The translations under genes and the position numbers were made by a program. Positions 61,401 to 64,000 of a DNA stretch of 64,000 bases are shown here, piece after piece. The DNA is taken from contig NW_027117351.1 of NCBI RefSeq assembly GCF_038025025.1, forward strand, positions 744,001 through 808,000. Direction: 5' to 3'. This DNA is from Phyllosticta citribraziliensis (lineage: Eukaryota). How positions within the stretch are numbered: position 1 is the first letter of the stretch; each line of letters begins with the position of its first letter. Under the pieces are notes generated by a model that saw only the letters and a list, made by a program, of their open reading frames with translations, made no database searches and was not told where the DNA came from.

Positions 61401-64000
61401 ATTAGTTAGTAGAGGCTTATTAGGAGTAGGCCTAGTAATATTATTATCCTTATAGTAGAAGTAGGACTTCTTACTAAAGATATACTTCTCCTCTTTAATA
61501 AAGACTAGGAATAGCTTATTATAGGTATTAATTATATCTAGCTCTATATTATAGAAATAGCTAGCTAGTACCTTAGAATTATTAGCTATACTTATAACCT
61601 TCTTAACTTCCTTTATAACTAATAGAGAGTCTTAGTAATAAGAATAGACTAAAGTATTACTAATTAGATTAATACTAATTACCTCTACTAATACTAGAAA
61701 CTTATAGGGGTAATAGCTATATATATATAGGAAACTAGAGGATATAACCTTAGAAGGGATCTAATTCTTATAGTATATAGCTAGCTCCTCCTAAGTACCT
61801 AATTTATTAATTTCTAAATAATTATAGTCCTAGTTAACTTTATAGTACTATAAGAAGAATATCTTATATATACCCTTTACTAGTCCCTTAGCTCTATATA
61901 GTATTATTAGGTAGGAAATCCTAGTACTATAGGCTACTACCTTACTATTAGACTAGCTAAGGCCTCTATCCTTAGTAAACTTAGTAAGGTAGTTAAGGAT
62001 TAGACCCTTCTTAATATTAGTAATACCTATTATATTTATAGGGTTATATATATTCTTAGTAATAGTACTATCTCTATAATCCTTAAAATAAGGTATAAAG
62101 CCCTCTACTAAAATTATATAGTCTATATTAGTCTTACTATTAAGAGAGATAATATCCTAAATTATATTAATACCCCTATTAGTATTAGTATATTTATTTA
62201 AGTTAATATTAAAGTAGTAGAACTTAGTATAGTTACCCTTCTTCTAGTCCTTTATATAGTATAGTATTATATAGAGCTAGTAGGTATAATCAGGCCTAAG
62301 TAAAATATAGAGGAGCTAGTATACTAGGTACTAGTAAATAAGCTACTATACTAGTAAGTAGAATATTATATAGTTCTAGCCTAGATTTTAATAAGTATTA
62401 ATCTTCTACTAGTACTAAAGGTAGTAGCTAAACTCCTTATTAATTCTAGAGTATATACTATCTAAGAAGCTAAAGAGAGTACTATTAGTAACTAAATTAC
62501 TAGTAGTCTTAAACTTACTAAGTAGGATAGTAGTAAGGTCTAGATACTAGCTATAATCTATACTAAATAGTATAGTAAGACTCTTATTAAGGGTAGGGAT
62601 TATATTCTAAACTATAGCTATAATATTCTTAAATTAGGTATTATAGTTATAGCTAAATATATATAGGCTAATAGTATTAGTAGGGTAAATAGAGTAAAAA
62701 GTTAGTATAAACTAATAGTACCTATCCTTATAGGATAAGATATTAGATAATCTCTTATAGTTATACTAAATATATTCTAAGTAGAGGTAAATAATATTAT
62801 CTATTCCCTACTTAGTTTAAAGACCTAAGTACTTACTAATCCTATAAATATAAGAATTATAGTAGTTACTTAAGTTATACTAGTCTCTAGCCTTACTAAG
62901 CTTATAAAGCTTCTTTTACTAGGACTCTTTAGCTATAGGGATAGCCTTAGTAGGGAATTTCTTATAAAACTTAATAGATAAGATCTAGCTATTAATTCTA
63001 GTATAGGTATAGTACTTAGCTATATAAATCTTCTTAGTACTATTAATTAGAGATATAATAATAATTTCTAAATTTAAGTCTACCTCTTTATTATTATAGA
63101 CCTCTTCTTTATTATCCTTATTTATTAGGAGGATAGTATTATTATTATTACTCCTATAGACTAAGCTTTTAATAGTTAGTATAATTTACTAGTATATATT
63201 AGGGGTAATATGTAACAATCCGACTAGATGTTTATAGTACTAATTTAGGTATAAGAGTTATCCTATTATTTAGGCTATCTATATGGCTAAAGTACCTATC
63301 CCCTATAACTACTAAGCTTACTAAGCTTACCCTTAGTATCTAATAGCTATACTAGATCCCTATAGGATCTACTACTATAGATAGTAGCTAAAGTAGTTTA
63401 TAGGTAACCTTACCTATATCTACTATCTATTCTTAATCTATACTCCTAAATCTATAGACCTAATCTATATAGTAATAAAAGGAAAGGAAAAAATAGGGGA
63501 AGGCTTTACTTATTATTATTATTTATTACTATCTACTCTAGAGTCTTATTCTATTTACCCCTATTATCTAAGTAGTAGATAGCCTTAGTATCCTACTTTA
63601 CCCTAACCTTAGCTATAGCCTTATTATCCTAGGATTACTTACTACTTAAGTACTTAGATTCTAACTAGTTAGTAATATTAATTACTCTATTACCCTTAGT
63701 TTATCTATAGACCTTATATACTATATTATAGATGGCCTTATATATAGTACTATCCTTATTCTAGATAATATTATTAGTATCAGACTTATCTTCCTTATTA
63801 AGTAGGTTAATTAGGGCTAATATCTTATCCTTAAGGTTAATAACCTCCTTATTATCTATTATACTAGGGTAACTAGTAATCCTATATTATTTAGGACTTA
63901 GCTTATTAGGGTCTAGCTTAGTTCTTATAGTCTACTTCTTCTTAGGCTTAATTATAATTATAGGGTTCTTAGGATCCTTAGTCTTAGGATCCTTATTATT
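55420..64000. repeat. AT-rich, heavily RIP-mutated transposon/repeat block
   Basis: Abrupt drop in GC. TpA is extremely abundant, CpA/TpG and CpG are almost absent, and the ORF track has no ORFs here. This is the classical repeat-induced point mutation signature. Confidence 0.93.
55833..61155. mobile_element. RIP-degenerated DNA-transposon-like element (~5.3 kb) with ~550-590-bp terminal inverted repeats and TA flanks
   Basis: 55833-~56378 is the reverse complement of ~60562-61155 (the right copy has a ~43-bp insertion near 60940-60980). The ends read TA|TAGTACTACTAG and CTAGTAGTACTA|TA, consistent with RIPped TA|CAGT Tc1/mariner-pogo-type ends. Confidence 0.75.

Noticed and set aside
55420..64000. 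Centromere or telomere-proximal assignment, or specific transposase/pol domains, in the AT-rich block
   Set aside because: No TTAGGG tandem array is present, the block's full length is unknown, and RIP is too saturated to read protein motifs by eye.

Overview
Eukaryotic, fungal genomic DNA (filamentous ascomycete, probably a Dothideomycete; inferred from the four-A-domain NPS2-type synthetase, short introns with CTRAC/CTAAT branch sites, and RIP). Bases 1-55.4 kb are GC-balanced and gene-dense. In order they carry: a full-length ABCB/MDR transporter divergent from a ~5,600-aa ferrichrome/ferricrocin-type siderophore NRPS, with two perfect SreA-type ATCTGATAA sites between them; a small uncharacterised HTH/Myb-like gene; a conserved hypothetical gene; TRAPPC12-like; ILV2; GH2 beta-mannosidase; an intron-containing tRNA-Ala(TGC); a secreted Bys1/thaumatin-like protein; FBA1; a membrane-anchored USP; a ferric reductase; Aquarius/Cwf11; a complex I 21-kDa subunit; UBC6; and SAM50. 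Right after the SAM50 stop the sequence becomes an extremely AT-rich, RIP-degenerated repeat block. That block holds a ~5.3-kb element with ~550-bp inverted termini and TA flanks. The most unusual observation is at 23.2-25.9 kb. There the small HTH/Myb-like gene is bracketed by two non-coding, ~33-38-bp-periodic arrays of the same core (AGGAGCATTC) in opposite orientations, with variable spacers and per-unit hairpin potential. All gene calls come from recognising motifs by eye; no database search was run.
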